Source: Syntrophales bacterium (lineage in GTDB: Bacteria > Desulfobacterota > Syntrophia > Syntrophales > UBA2185). From it: DNA of 64,000 bases. Shown piece after piece: positions 1 to 9,930 of the stretch. How positions within the stretch are numbered: position 1 is the stretch's first letter; each line of letters starts with the position of its first letter. The notes beneath the pieces are model-generated. The model ran no database searches and had not been told where the DNA came from. It worked only from the letters and a program-made list of their open reading frames with translations. Location: NCBI GenBank assembly GCA_049521775.1, contig JBEKOL010000010.1:9628-73627 (forward strand), given 5' to 3'. The translations under genes were made by a program, and so were the position numbers.

Positions 1-76
1 TTATGACTCCAAAGTGGATTTGCTTTCACACGAGATCCATTCTGCAGATTATTCAAGAATCTCACGGCACTTGCGG

Positions 77-108
77 ATCTTAGATCATCTTAAATCATCT
101 TAAATCAT
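77..108. repeat. Three tandem 10-bp direct repeats (ATCTTARATC) just upstream of the putative lysS -35
   Basis: Sequence reads atcttagatc atcttaaatc atcttaaatc at. Confidence 0.75.
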
Positions 109-110
109 GC

Positions 111-137
111 TTGACTAATCACCAAAAAAAATATACT
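111..137 (+). promoter_or_regulatory. Putative sigma70 promoter of the lysS operon
   Basis: TTGACT (111-116) and TATACT (132-137); the 15-bp spacer is short. Confidence 0.45.
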
Positions 138-171
138 CAAGTTCGGTTTATATTAACTGGATAAGGTATTT

Positions 172-1653
172 ATGGAAGACAGCGAACTGCTGAGGAAGAA
201 AAAGGAAAAGATAGAATCTCTGAAGGCTGACGGCATTGACCTGTATCCCAACGATGCCCGGGTTACAGATACGGCGGCATCTGTCATTGAACGCTTTGCC
301 CATATGGACGATACTGCCCTAGGCAAGATAGCCGAGAGATTCTCCATAGCGGGAAGACTGATGGCCATTCGAGACTTTGGCAAAGGTTCTTTCGTCATAG
401 TACAAGACAGAACGGGGAGGCTTCAGGCCTTTCTCAGAAAGAATCAGTTGGGAGAAAAGGCCTATTCGCTTTTCAAAAGGCTCGACGTAGGGGATATAAT
501 TTTTGTCGCAGGGAAGATATTCAGAACCAGAACTAACGAGTTGACGATTGATTGTGATGAAGTGAGGCTCCTCTCAAAAGCTATACGTCCCCTGCCAGAG
601 AAATGGCATGGCCTTACAGATATTGAGACAAAATACCGTCAGCGTCACCTTGATCTAATTGTTAATCCTCATACTAAAGAGGTCTTTGCCAAGAGGAGCC
701 ACATCATACGTCTGATACGTTGCTTTATGGAGGAAAGAGATTTCCTGGAAGTGGAAACCCCCATGATGCAGCCCAAGGCAGGCGGCGCCATGGCACGCCC
801 CTTTAAGACACACCACAATGCCCTGGGGATGGATTTTTATCTGAGGATAGCTCCTGAGCTGTATCTAAAGCGACTGGTTACAGGCGGTTTCGAACGGGTC
901 TACGAAATAAACAAGAATTTCAGGAATGAAGGTATTTCCACCTTTCACAACCCTGAATTTACAATGATGGAATTTTATCAAGCTTATGCCACATACGAGG
1001 ATCTGATGGCTCTGACGGAAGAATTGTTCAACTTTGTTGCCTGCGAACTTTTTGGAACTCCGAAGTTTCAGTACCTGGAAACCGAGATTGACCTGACACC
1101 CCCGTGGCCGCGCATTTCAGTAAGAGATGCAATTGTCAAATACGGCAAGATAGCCGCCGAAGTCCTGGACGACGGCGTCGGGATTATCGCCTGCGCGAAG
1201 GATCTCGGCTTGAGCATCAAGGACAGTGATGCCCCGGGAATGGCCATGATGGCTATATTTGAAGAACGAGTGGAGGACAAGCTGATACAACCGACTTTTA
1301 TCACTCACTATCCGGTTGAGGTTTCTCCTCTTGCCAGGAAAACCCCCGATCATCCGGAGGTGACTGACAGATTTGAACTTTATATTTGTGGGAAAGAAAT
1401 TGCCAATGCCTTTTCCGAGATTAACGACCCTGTTGACCAGCGGGAAAGGTTTTTGATGCAGCTTAGGGCCAGAGAAGCGGGGGATGATGAGGCACATGAA
1501 ATGGATGAGGATTATATCCGAACTCTCGAATACGGGATGCCGCCTACAGCAGGAGAAGGAATAGGTATTGACAGGCTGGTGATGCTCTTCACGAACTCTG
1601 CCTCCATAAGGGACGTTATCCTTTTCCCCCTTTTGAGAAGCAAGGAAGAGTAA
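172..1653 (+). CDS. lysS: Lysine--tRNA ligase (class II)
   Basis: Motifs PLPEKWHGL, YRQRHLDL, YLRIAPELYLKRL, FRNEG..HNPEF, YGMPPTAGEGIGIDRL. Confidence 0.98.
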   Translation: MEDSELLRKKKEKIESLKADGIDLYPNDARVTDTAASVIERFAHMDDTALGKIAERFSIAGRLMAIRDFGKGSFVIVQDRTGRLQAFLRKNQLGEKAYSLFKRLDVGDIIFVAGKIFRTRTNELTIDCDEVRLLSKAIRPLPEKWHGLTDIETKYRQRHLDLIVNPHTKEVFAKRSHIIRLIRCFMEERDFLEVETPMMQPKAGGAMARPFKTHHNALGMDFYLRIAPELYLKRLVTGGFERVYEINKNFRNEGISTFHNPEFTMMEFYQAYATYEDLMALTEELFNFVACELFGTPKFQYLETEIDLTPPWPRISVRDAIVKYGKIAAEVLDDGVGIIACAKDLGLSIKDSDAPGMAMMAIFEERVEDKLIQPTFITHYPVEVSPLARKTPDHPEVTDRFELYICGKEIANAFSEINDPVDQRERFLMQLRAREAGDDEAHEMDEDYIRTLEYGMPPTAGEGIGIDRLVMLFTNSASIRDVILFPLLRSKEE

Positions 1654-1661
1654 GATTAATC

Positions 1662-2939
1662 ATGTCCTTCGAATTTTTTATCAGTCTCCGATACCTCCGG
1701 GCCAAGCGAAAGCAGATTTTTGTCTCCATTATCACATTCATATCCATTGCCGGGATATTCTTGGGTGTCGCCGCACTTATAATTGTCCTTGCCGTAATGA
1801 ACGGTTTCGAGACCGATCTCCGGAATAAAATACTGGGAATAAATTCCCACGTCGTTCTTATGCAGTACGCAGGAGCGATGCAAGACTACCAAAAGGTCAT
1901 GAACGAAGTTGACCAAGCCGAGGGTGTCGTCGCCTCCACACCATTCATATTCAGTCAGGCCATGCTGAGAAATGAAGGGCGCACCAGTGGTGTAATACTG
2001 CGGGGAATTTCTATAGATAACGCCTTCAAAGTTATTAATCTAGGAAAAATGCACGAAGGAAACATTGATTATCTTTCCGAAAAAAAGCGGAGTACCTTAG
2101 AGCTAGGCAAGGATACATCCATGCTTCCAGGCATTGTAATAGGCAAAGAACTGGCAAAAAACATGGGGCTTCTTCTTTTCGACCCTGTAAGTATAATCTC
2201 GCCCATGGGAATTTCCACGCCTATGGGCATGGTTCCCAAAATGAAAAAGTTTGTTGTAGTGGGCATCTTCGATTCCGGATTCTATGAATATGATTCAACC
2301 CTCGCATACATTTCCCTGAGAGACTGCCAGGAATTCCTAAACCTGGGAGAGCGGGTCACTGGCCTTGAAATCAAGGTTAATGACATCTACAGGGCGAATA
2401 TCATCGCAAAATCCATAGAAAAAAAACTTGGATTCCCTTTTTGGGCAAGGAATTGGATGGAAATGAATAAGAACCTGTTTTCTGCCCTGAGACTGGAGAA
2501 GCGGGTCATGTTTATCATCCTTAGTCTCATTGTTCTGGTGGCAGCGTTTAATATAATATGCACACTCATTATGATAGTCATGGAAAAGAACAAGGACATT
2601 GCCGTTTTGAAATCCATGGGAGCCACGTCAGGAAGCATCATGAAGATATTCGTTTATCAGGGGGTAACGATCGGCGCCATCGGCACCCTTTTGGGCTGCA
2701 TAGGAGGGCTTGCGGTTGCCTTAAACCTTGAGAAGATTTCTCTATCCATCGAAAATCTTTTCGGTTTCAAAATACTACCCGGAGATGTATATTACCTAAG
2801 CCAGTTGCCTTCACAGGTCAATTACAGCGATGTCGTCATCATTATCATAGGGACGATGTTGATATGTTTCCTGTCGACAATTTACCCCTCCCTGAGGGCT
2901 TCCAAACTAGACCCGGCAGAAGCCCTGAGATATGATTGA
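1662..2939 (+). CDS. lolE: Lipoprotein-releasing ABC transporter permease LolC/E
   Basis: ISLRYLRAKRK, VLAVMNGFE, VMEKNKDIAVLKSMGA, C-terminal PAEALRYD; adjacent to lolD. Confidence 0.92.
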   Translation: MSFEFFISLRYLRAKRKQIFVSIITFISIAGIFLGVAALIIVLAVMNGFETDLRNKILGINSHVVLMQYAGAMQDYQKVMNEVDQAEGVVASTPFIFSQAMLRNEGRTSGVILRGISIDNAFKVINLGKMHEGNIDYLSEKKRSTLELGKDTSMLPGIVIGKELAKNMGLLLFDPVSIISPMGISTPMGMVPKMKKFVVVGIFDSGFYEYDSTLAYISLRDCQEFLNLGERVTGLEIKVNDIYRANIIAKSIEKKLGFPFWARNWMEMNKNLFSALRLEKRVMFIILSLIVLVAAFNIICTLIMIVMEKNKDIAVLKSMGATSGSIMKIFVYQGVTIGAIGTLLGCIGGLAVALNLEKISLSIENLFGFKILPGDVYYLSQLPSQVNYSDVVIIIIGTMLICFLSTIYPSLRASKLDPAEALRYD

Positions 2940-3045
2940 TGGCTGGAGATCAGCGCCCATCCCTGACTCCCCAATGACAGAGAAAATAGATCTAGAAATA
3001 TCCAAAATGTTAGGATTTATATCTTAGAATTCAGAATTTTATTTG

Positions 3046-3717
3046 ATGATACAGCTAAATAATTTAAGTAAAACCTTTATCAAGGATGGTAACGCGATTG
3101 AAGTTTTGAAAAGCCTCGACTTCACCATAAGTCGAGGTGAGTCTCTGGCCATCTTGGGTGTCTCAGGCGCGGGAAAAAGTACCCTCATCCATATTTTGGG
3201 AACACTGGATCACCCCACATCAGGCACTGTGCTCTTTGACGACATTGATGTCTTCCAGTGGGACAAGAAAAAACTGGCAGAGTTCAGAAACAAGATGATT
3301 GGTTTTGTTTTCCAATTCCATAATCTGCTGCCCGAGTTTAACAGTCTGGAAAATACGATGATGCCGGCACTGATTCACGGTCTGCCATACCGAAAAGCAA
3401 GAGAGCGGGCCGCAGCTATATTGAATGAAGTGGGCCTCGGCGACAGGTTAACCCACAAACCCGGCGAGCTTTCCGGAGGCGAGCAGCAGAGGGTTGCCGT
3501 GGCGCGGGCGCTTGTCATGGAACCGGAAATCATTCTGGCTGATGAGCCTACCGGAAACCTTGACAGCGAAACCGGCAAGAAGATAGAAGATATCCTGCTG
3601 GACCTCAATAGAACGAAAAGAATCACCCTTGTTGTCGTTACCCACAACAGAACGCTGGCCGACAGAATGTCGAAGAACATAGGACTAAGAGATGGAAAGA
3701 TTTACGCCTATGAATAA
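3046..3717 (+). CDS. lolD: Lipoprotein-releasing ABC transporter ATPase
   Basis: Walker [19 protein letters not shown] LolD motif, [17 protein letters not shown]. Confidence 0.93.
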   Translation: MIQLNNLSKTFIKDGNAIEVLKSLDFTISRGESLAILGVSGAGKSTLIHILGTLDHPTSGTVLFDDIDVFQWDKKKLAEFRNKMIGFVFQFHNLLPEFNSLENTMMPALIHGLPYRKARERAAAILNEVGLGDRLTHKPGELSGGEQQRVAVARALVMEPEIILADEPTGNLDSETGKKIEDILLDLNRTKRITLVVVTHNRTLADRMSKNIGLRDGKIYAYE

Positions 3718-6355
3718 TAATGGTCTCCTCATAAGAATCATCATTCTCTTGGCTTTTCTCCTGCTGCTGCATCATCATAATGCTCTTGCTGAAGACGGAA
3801 AGAAAATTGCCATTCTGCCATTTGAAGTTCACGCCAAGGCAAATACAGCCAATATGCAGGAAGCCATCTACAAAGGACTCTCCACGGAGTTTGCCAAGTC
3901 AAAAAACATCCAGCTAATTGAGAGAGGTTCATTTGCCAAAGCCGTAGAGGGCAAGGTGATTGATGAAAAACTTGCCGTTAACGTCGGTAAGGGTGCAGGG
4001 GCCAATTACGTAATCATGGGAAGTCTTTCCGCATTTGGAGAGCAAATCAGCGCAGACGTCAGAGTCATTGACGTAAAAGAGGGAAGAGTGCTGCACACCA
4101 CCTTCGCACAGGGCAAGGGCATCGAAGCTATCAGCTCAATCTCTGCCCAATTACGGACAAATATACTCATCAAGATAGCCGCAGATATGAGGATAGTAAA
4201 GATTGAGTTTAAAGGTAATCGGAAGATTGAAAGCAGCGCGTTGAGCCAGGTCGTAAAAAGTGCCAGGGGCAATCTCTTTTCGGAAGCAGAGCTCACCTCC
4301 GATATCAAAGCGATTTACAAGATGGGATATTTCGATGATGTGTCCGCAGACGTCATCGTAAGTCCTGAAGGAAAGATCATTACTTTTCTATTGAAAGAAA
4401 AAGCCCTCATCTCAGAGATAAGAATAAAGGGGAATAAAGCCATCGAGAGGGGTGAGATTGAAGGTGTTATAACATTCAAAGTCCAGCAGGTCCTCAACCC
4501 GGAAAAAATTGTCGCCAGCGCAGACAAAATCAAAGCCCTCTATGATAACAAGGGATACTACAATGCAGAGATCAAGTATCTGATTGATAAAGAGGGGGAT
4601 AAGAATGTCATCGTCACCTTCAACATAAGCGAAGATGAGAGGCTGTATGTCAAGACCATTTCTTTTGAGGGAAACCGTGCATTCACGAGCAAAGAGCTGA
4701 AAAATATCGTGAGCCTCAAGGAATGGGGATTTTTCCACTTTTTCACCGACTCAGGCATCCTGAAGAAAGACCAATTAAAACAGGATACGGACAAACTAAA
4801 CGCATTTTACCTGAATCACGGCTTTATCAATGCTCAGGTAGGCGAACCTGAAATTACTCATGACAAGAAGGGGATATATGTAAAGATACCGATAGTGGAG
4901 GGAAAACAATTTAAAGTAGGCAAGGTAGACATTACGGGCGATACATTGACGGTTTCTCGCTCTGAACTGCTGAATAAACTTAATATAGGCAAGAAAGAGT
5001 TCTACGACAGGGAAGCGATCATAAAAGATATGGAGTATCTTACCCAAGCCTGTAATGATGACGGATATGCATATGCAGACATTGCCCCGCGCACTGTACC
5101 GCAGGAGAAAACCCAGACGGTGGATGTGACTTTCAATATCAAAAAAGGTCACGAGGTTTTCTTCAACATGATAACTATCACGGGCAACACAAAAACCAGG
5201 GATAAGGTAATCAGGAGGCAGCTCGCTTTTAACGAAGGGGATCTTTATAGCAGCAGTAAGCTCAAGAGTAGCTACATGGCTCTCAATCGCCTGCGATATT
5301 TTGAAGAGATAAATTTTCAGACAGAAAAGGGCCCCGATGAAACGTTAACGGATGTCAATATCAACATCAAGGAAAAACCGACGGGTATGTTCAGTATCGG
5401 CGCGGGATATTCTGCCCAGGACCATGCCATCGGCACCGCCCAGATCTCCCAGCAAAACCTCTTTGGCAGGGGACAGATACTAAGCCTCAAGGCAAGCATC
5501 GGGACTATATCGAACATGTACGAACTCTCATTCATAGAGCCATGGCTGTTTGATATTCCTCTATGGAGCAAATTTGACCTCTGGAGCGCGCAAAGGCAAT
5601 ACGACACTTACAATCTAAACACGAAGGGGTTTGGAATGACATTTGGTTATCCCCTCTGGCCGTATGTAACCGGCTATGTGGGATACAGGCTTTCTACAAA
5701 TGATGTCGCAGATGTCCAAGACACAGCAGCGGATATCATCAAGCAAGAAGCAGGACAAACGACAGAGAGCATGGCGTCCGTAACCCTCACAAAGGATACT
5801 ACCGATGATCTTATGTTTCCGACAAAGGGTTACAAGAACAGCGGCACCATTGATTATGCAGGAGGGCCACTGCAGGGCAGCACAGACTTTATCAGATATG
5901 GGGCAAAGTCTGCATGGTTCTATCCCCTGCCTCTTGATACTGTATTCGGTGTGCGCGGGCGAGCCGGTTTCATACAACGTACCGGAGATACGGACGTACC
6001 TATATTTGAGCGCTACTATCTGGGCGGGATTGATACTCTCCGGGGCCTTCGTGACGTGGGACCAAAAGATCCAGCCACGGGAGACCCTGTCGGCGGCTTC
6101 ACAATGCTATGTTTCAACTTTGAATACGTCTTTCCCTTGATTAAGAACGCCGGGATGAAGGGGGTTGTATTCTTCGATACGGGCAATGCATGGGACAGCG
6201 GTTGGCATATCGAGGACATGAGGAAAACGGCGGGCGTTGGTATCAGGTGGTACTCACCTATCGGTCCCCTGAGGCTCGAATGGGGCTATGTTCTTGACCA
6301 AAAGGAAAATGAAGCTTCCAACCGATTTGAATTCACAATAGGTATGTTTATGTAG
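3710..6355 (+). CDS. bamA: Outer membrane protein assembly factor BamA with extra N-terminal alpha/beta domain
   Basis: Signal peptide, five POTRA-like repeats, GNTKTRDKVIRR, LRG motif in loop 6, WYSPIGPLRLEWG, C-terminal FEFTIG. Confidence 0.95.
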   Translation: MNNNGLLIRIIILLAFLLLLHHHNALAEDGKKIAILPFEVHAKANTANMQEAIYKGLSTEFAKSKNIQLIERGSFAKAVEGKVIDEKLAVNVGKGAGANYVIMGSLSAFGEQISADVRVIDVKEGRVLHTTFAQGKGIEAISSISAQLRTNILIKIAADMRIVKIEFKGNRKIESSALSQVVKSARGNLFSEAELTSDIKAIYKMGYFDDVSADVIVSPEGKIITFLLKEKALISEIRIKGNKAIERGEIEGVITFKVQQVLNPEKIVASADKIKALYDNKGYYNAEIKYLIDKEGDKNVIVTFNISEDERLYVKTISFEGNRAFTSKELKNIVSLKEWGFFHFFTDSGILKKDQLKQDTDKLNAFYLNHGFINAQVGEPEITHDKKGIYVKIPIVEGKQFKVGKVDITGDTLTVSRSELLNKLNIGKKEFYDREAIIKDMEYLTQACNDDGYAYADIAPRTVPQEKTQTVDVTFNIKKGHEVFFNMITITGNTKTRDKVIRRQLAFNEGDLYSSSKLKSSYMALNRLRYFEEINFQTEKGPDETLTDVNINIKEKPTGMFSIGAGYSAQDHAIGTAQISQQNLFGRGQILSLKASIGTISNMYELSFIEPWLFDIPLWSKFDLWSAQRQYDTYNLNTKGFGMTFGYPLWPYVTGYVGYRLSTNDVADVQDTAADIIKQEAGQTTESMASVTLTKDTTDDLMFPTKGYKNSGTIDYAGGPLQGSTDFIRYGAKSAWFYPLPLDTVFGVRGRAGFIQRTGDTDVPIFERYYLGGIDTLRGLRDVGPKDPATGDPVGGFTMLCFNFEYVFPLIKNAGMKGVVFFDTGNAWDSGWHIEDMRKTAGVGIRWYSPIGPLRLEWGYVLDQKENEASNRFEFTIGMFM

Positions 6356-6394
6356 ACATGCCATTTCATTCTAATTATTAAGGGGGGAAAAGTT

Positions 6395-6931
6395 ATGAAA
6401 AAAAGTTGTCTGCTGATTTCAATGGTATTTGTCTTCCTGTCACTCTTCCTATGCAGCACGTGTGCATTTGCCGCTGAAAAGATAGGCTTTATCGACATGC
6501 GAGAAATCATGGTCAAATCCGATGCCGGAAGAAAGGCCGCCGACGATTTCGGCAAGCTCTACGAAAAAGACAAGGCCATGATACAGCAACGGGAAGGGGA
6601 AATGAGGAAACTCAAAGAGGATCTGGATAAGCAGCGATCCGTTCTGACTGAGACTGCCCTGAAGGAAAAAGAGGCGGCATACCAGAAAAAATTCAGGGAT
6701 TACCAGTTACTGGTCAAGGATTCCAATGAAGAGCTTCAAACAAGAGATCAGGAACTTTCTAAAAAGCTGGTTCCCGATATTTTGAAGATAATAAATGTCA
6801 TCGGTGATAAGGAAAAATATACACTGATCATTGATGTCGGCAGCACTCCCGTTGCCTACTTTGCGAAAGAAAATAACTTGACTCAGAAGGTTATTGAAGA
6901 ATTCAACAAAACCTTCAAATCGAAAAAATAA
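6395..6931 (+). CDS. skp: Skp/OmpH periplasmic chaperone
   Basis: Signal peptide, KIGFIDM, long coiled coil; position between bamA and lpxD. Confidence 0.9.
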   Translation: MKKSCLLISMVFVFLSLFLCSTCAFAAEKIGFIDMREIMVKSDAGRKAADDFGKLYEKDKAMIQQREGEMRKLKEDLDKQRSVLTETALKEKEAAYQKKFRDYQLLVKDSNEELQTRDQELSKKLVPDILKIINVIGDKEKYTLIIDVGSTPVAYFAKENNLTQKVIEEFNKTFKSKK

Positions 6932-6948
6932 AAAAGAGAGATACCAAA

Positions 6949-7980
6949 TTGAAAAAGACGCTGGGCGAAATTGCATCTCTTCTGCATGGAAAGGTCATAG
7001 GAGACCCTGAGGTAGTCATTGAAGATATCCGGGGGATCGATGAGGCCGGAAAGGGCGATCTGACCTTCATCGCAAACCCAAAATATTTGAAGTCACTTGA
7101 GACAACGCAAGCCTCTGCCATTCTGGTCTCGCCCCAAATCGAGAAGGCAGACAGGAACCTCGTCGTTGTTGATGACCCCTATATCGCCTTTGGCCGGGTC
7201 CTCGCACTTTTTTACCCAGAAGACCATGAACCGCCTGTGATTAGCACGGAAACATTTATCGAGGAAGGCGCCATCGTCTCAGAAGATGCGACTATCTATC
7301 CCGGTGTATATATCGGACGGGAAGCAAGAGTTGAACGGGGCGTTATCATTTATCCAGGTGTCTATATCGGTCGTCGCGTTGTAATCGGTGAAGGCTCCGT
7401 TCTCTATCCCAACGTTGTTGTATTAAGAAGGTGCATTATCGGAAAGAGGGTCATCCTGCATGCCGGTGTCGTCGTCGGAAGTGACGGCTTTGGTTTTGCC
7501 AGGCCGGCACGGGAAAATATAAAAATTCCCCAGGTGGGCTTTGTGCAAATAGACGATGACGTTGAAGTGGGAGCCAATACCACCATAGATAGGGGCACCA
7601 TTGAAAAAACCTGGATACAGAGGGGTGTAAAAATAGACAATCTGGTACAGGTGGCCCACAATGTTGTCATTGGTGAATACTCCATAATTGTATCCCAAGT
7701 CGGCATTTCAGGAAGTACAAAACTTGGAAAGGGCGTAATCCTGGGAGGTCAGGCAGGTCTCGTTGGCCACATCGATCTCGGTGATCATGTAATGGTTGGC
7801 GCCCAGTCAGGTGTTCATGACGACGTCCCCTCAAACCAGGTTGTGTCCGGTTCACCCCATATGCCTCACAGACAATGGCTGCGTGTAGAGGCATGTGTTT
7901 CTCAACTCCCGGAAATGCGCAAGAACGTCGCGTCCATGTTGAAAAGACTCGAAAAACTGGAAAAGGACACAAAAGAATAA
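6949..7980 (+). CDS. lpxD: UDP-3-O-acylglucosamine N-acyltransferase
   Basis: Hexapeptide repeats, GSDGFGF, GANTTIDRG, KIDNLVQVAHNV; TTG start. Confidence 0.96.
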   Translation: MKKTLGEIASLLHGKVIGDPEVVIEDIRGIDEAGKGDLTFIANPKYLKSLETTQASAILVSPQIEKADRNLVVVDDPYIAFGRVLALFYPEDHEPPVISTETFIEEGAIVSEDATIYPGVYIGREARVERGVIIYPGVYIGRRVVIGEGSVLYPNVVVLRRCIIGKRVILHAGVVVGSDGFGFARPARENIKIPQVGFVQIDDDVEVGANTTIDRGTIEKTWIQRGVKIDNLVQVAHNVVIGEYSIIVSQVGISGSTKLGKGVILGGQAGLVGHIDLGDHVMVGAQSGVHDDVPSNQVVSGSPHMPHRQWLRVEACVSQLPEMRKNVASMLKRLEKLEKDTKE

Positions 7981-7991
7981 AACCCAAAGCA

Positions 7992-8081
7992 CCAAATCCT
8001 GATTGCTCGACGCCTTCAGAATCCAAATGCACAGAAGAATCTGTATTTTGAATTTGTTTAGAATCGAAAGATCAGGATTGG
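7992..8081. repeat. Long imperfect intergenic inverted repeat between lpxD and lpxA
   Basis: Outer arms ccaaatcctgat / atcaggattgg and inner arms acaga / tctgt. Confidence 0.6.
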
Positions 8082-8099
8082 CAATTTCAAGGATCTACT

Positions 8100-8876
8100 A
8101 TGAATATTCACCCTACAGCAGTTTTATCCACGGAGGCCCATATCGGGGAGGGCGTCGAGATTGGCCCTTATACGGTAATAGGACCCGATGTGCATATCGG
8201 AAAGAACACCATTATCGGACCTCATGTGGTAGTTGATGCCCATACCGACATCGGAGAGGGATGCCGCATCTTTCAATTTAGCTCAATCGGCGCAAGCCCC
8301 CAGGACCTGAAATTCAAGGGGGAAAAGACTCGGGTTATTATCGGTAACAACAATACGATCAGGGAATATGTGACCATCAACCGGGCCACATCGGCCGATA
8401 TCGGGGTAACCATCATAGGAAATAATAACCTTCTGATGGCCTACTGCCACGTCGCGCACAATTGTAAATTAGGAAATAATATAGTTATGGCTAATGCCGC
8501 CAATCTTGCCGGCCATATACATGTAGAAGATTACGCTATCATCGGTGGGTTAACGGGAATCCATCAGTTCACTCGCATAGGGATGCACTGTATTATCGGC
8601 GGCGCTTCCGCAGTTTCCAAGGATGTTCCCCCTTTCGTCATGGCCTCCGGCAACTATGCAAAACTCTATGGTCTTAACATAATAGGCCTTAAGCGCAGGG
8701 GGTTCAAAGAGGAAACTATACAAGCGCTGAAAAAAGCCTACAGGATTATATTCAGATCATCTCTCCTTCTTTCCGTAGCAACCGCAAAGGTGAAAGCCGA
8801 GGTTGACGATAGTCCGGAAGTAAGGCAGTTTGTAGAGTTCATTGAGACCAGATCGTCGAGGGGGATCACAAGATAG
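8100..8876 (+). CDS. lpxA: Acyl-ACP--UDP-N-acetylglucosamine acyltransferase
   Basis: IHPTA start, [19 protein letters not shown] catalytic His, IHQF, GLKRRGF. Confidence 0.97.
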   Translation: MNIHPTAVLSTEAHIGEGVEIGPYTVIGPDVHIGKNTIIGPHVVVDAHTDIGEGCRIFQFSSIGASPQDLKFKGEKTRVIIGNNNTIREYVTINRATSADIGVTIIGNNNLLMAYCHVAHNCKLGNNIVMANAANLAGHIHVEDYAIIGGLTGIHQFTRIGMHCIIGGASAVSKDVPPFVMASGNYAKLYGLNIIGLKRRGFKEETIQALKKAYRIIFRSSLLLSVATAKVKAEVDDSPEVRQFVEFIETRSSRGITR

Positions 8877-8982
8877 CTCTAAAACGTGATGCCTTTGAAA
8901 GGTTTCTCGTCGATTTCGAAACGATAGCTTCATATTCGCATCTATGAAATGATGCAGTAGAATTTGGAATTTTACCAGCCAT

Positions 8983-9930
8983 ATGAAAGAAATCAGAGTC
9001 GGTGTGGTAGGTACCGGCCATTTAGGCAACTACCACCTGCAAAAATACCGCGAGTTGTCCAACTGCCGGATTGCCGGTGTGGTGGACATCAAAGAGGAGC
9101 GCGCCCGGAAGGCAGCCGAAATGCACAACTGCCTTGCTATGTCCGATCACCGCAAGCTGATGAGTTCAGTCGATGCAGTCAGTATTGCCGTTCCAACCGT
9201 ATCTCATTACCGGATCGCAAAGGACTTCTTGAAAGCGGGCATTGACGTCCTGCTGGAAAAACCCATTACAACGACCATCGAGGAGGCAGATGAACTCATA
9301 GCCATTGCCGAAGCAAAAGGATTGATATTCCAAATAGGATTTCTTGAACGATTTAATCCGGCAATCGTCGCGTTAAGGACGGTTATGGAAAAACCGCTTT
9401 TCATTGAGACTCACCGCCTCCACCCTTTCTTCGAACGCGGCACGGATGTGGATGTCATTCTCGATCTCATGATCCATGATCTCGACATAATCCTGCACTT
9501 CGTCAAGTCACCCATTCTGAATGTGGAAGCGGTGGGTGTATCCATCCTGTCGGATAAGGTGGACATTGCCAACGCGAGGATAACCTTCTCTTCCGGTTGC
9601 GTGGCTAATGTCACGGCCAGCAGGGTAACAGGAAAGACAATGCAGAAGATTAGATTCTTCGGATTTGAGGGGTATCACGCAGTCGATTACGGGAAGCGCG
9701 AATTGGTCTCTCTCTGCAGGAAAAACTCTGCGGGAGGAAAGGTTGAAATCAGTGCAAACCCTGTGGAAGTCAAAATACTTGATCCCTTAGAAGAAGAGAT
9801 TCGATCGTTCATTGAAGCAGTTATAAGCAGGAATCCGCCGCCTGTCACCGGTAAGGAAGGGAGAGACGCTTTGGAATTAGCTCTTCTCATTGCTAAAAAG
9901 GTCAAGTTATCGCAGGAGCTGCTTCCATGA
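8983..9930 (+). CDS. gnnA: Gfo/Idh/MocA oxidoreductase, probable UDP-GlcNAc 3-dehydrogenase
   Basis: GxGxxG Rossmann motif, LEKP, ERFNPA, DLMIHDLD; lies between lpxA and lpxB as gnnA does in Acidithiobacillus ferrooxidans. Confidence 0.8.
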   Translation: MKEIRVGVVGTGHLGNYHLQKYRELSNCRIAGVVDIKEERARKAAEMHNCLAMSDHRKLMSSVDAVSIAVPTVSHYRIAKDFLKAGIDVLLEKPITTTIEEADELIAIAEAKGLIFQIGFLERFNPAIVALRTVMEKPLFIETHRLHPFFERGTDVDVILDLMIHDLDIILHFVKSPILNVEAVGVSILSDKVDIANARITFSSGCVANVTASRVTGKTMQKIRFFGFEGYHAVDYGKRELVSLCRKNSAGGKVEISANPVEVKILDPLEEEIRSFIEAVISRNPPPVTGKEGRDALELALLIAKKVKLSQELLP

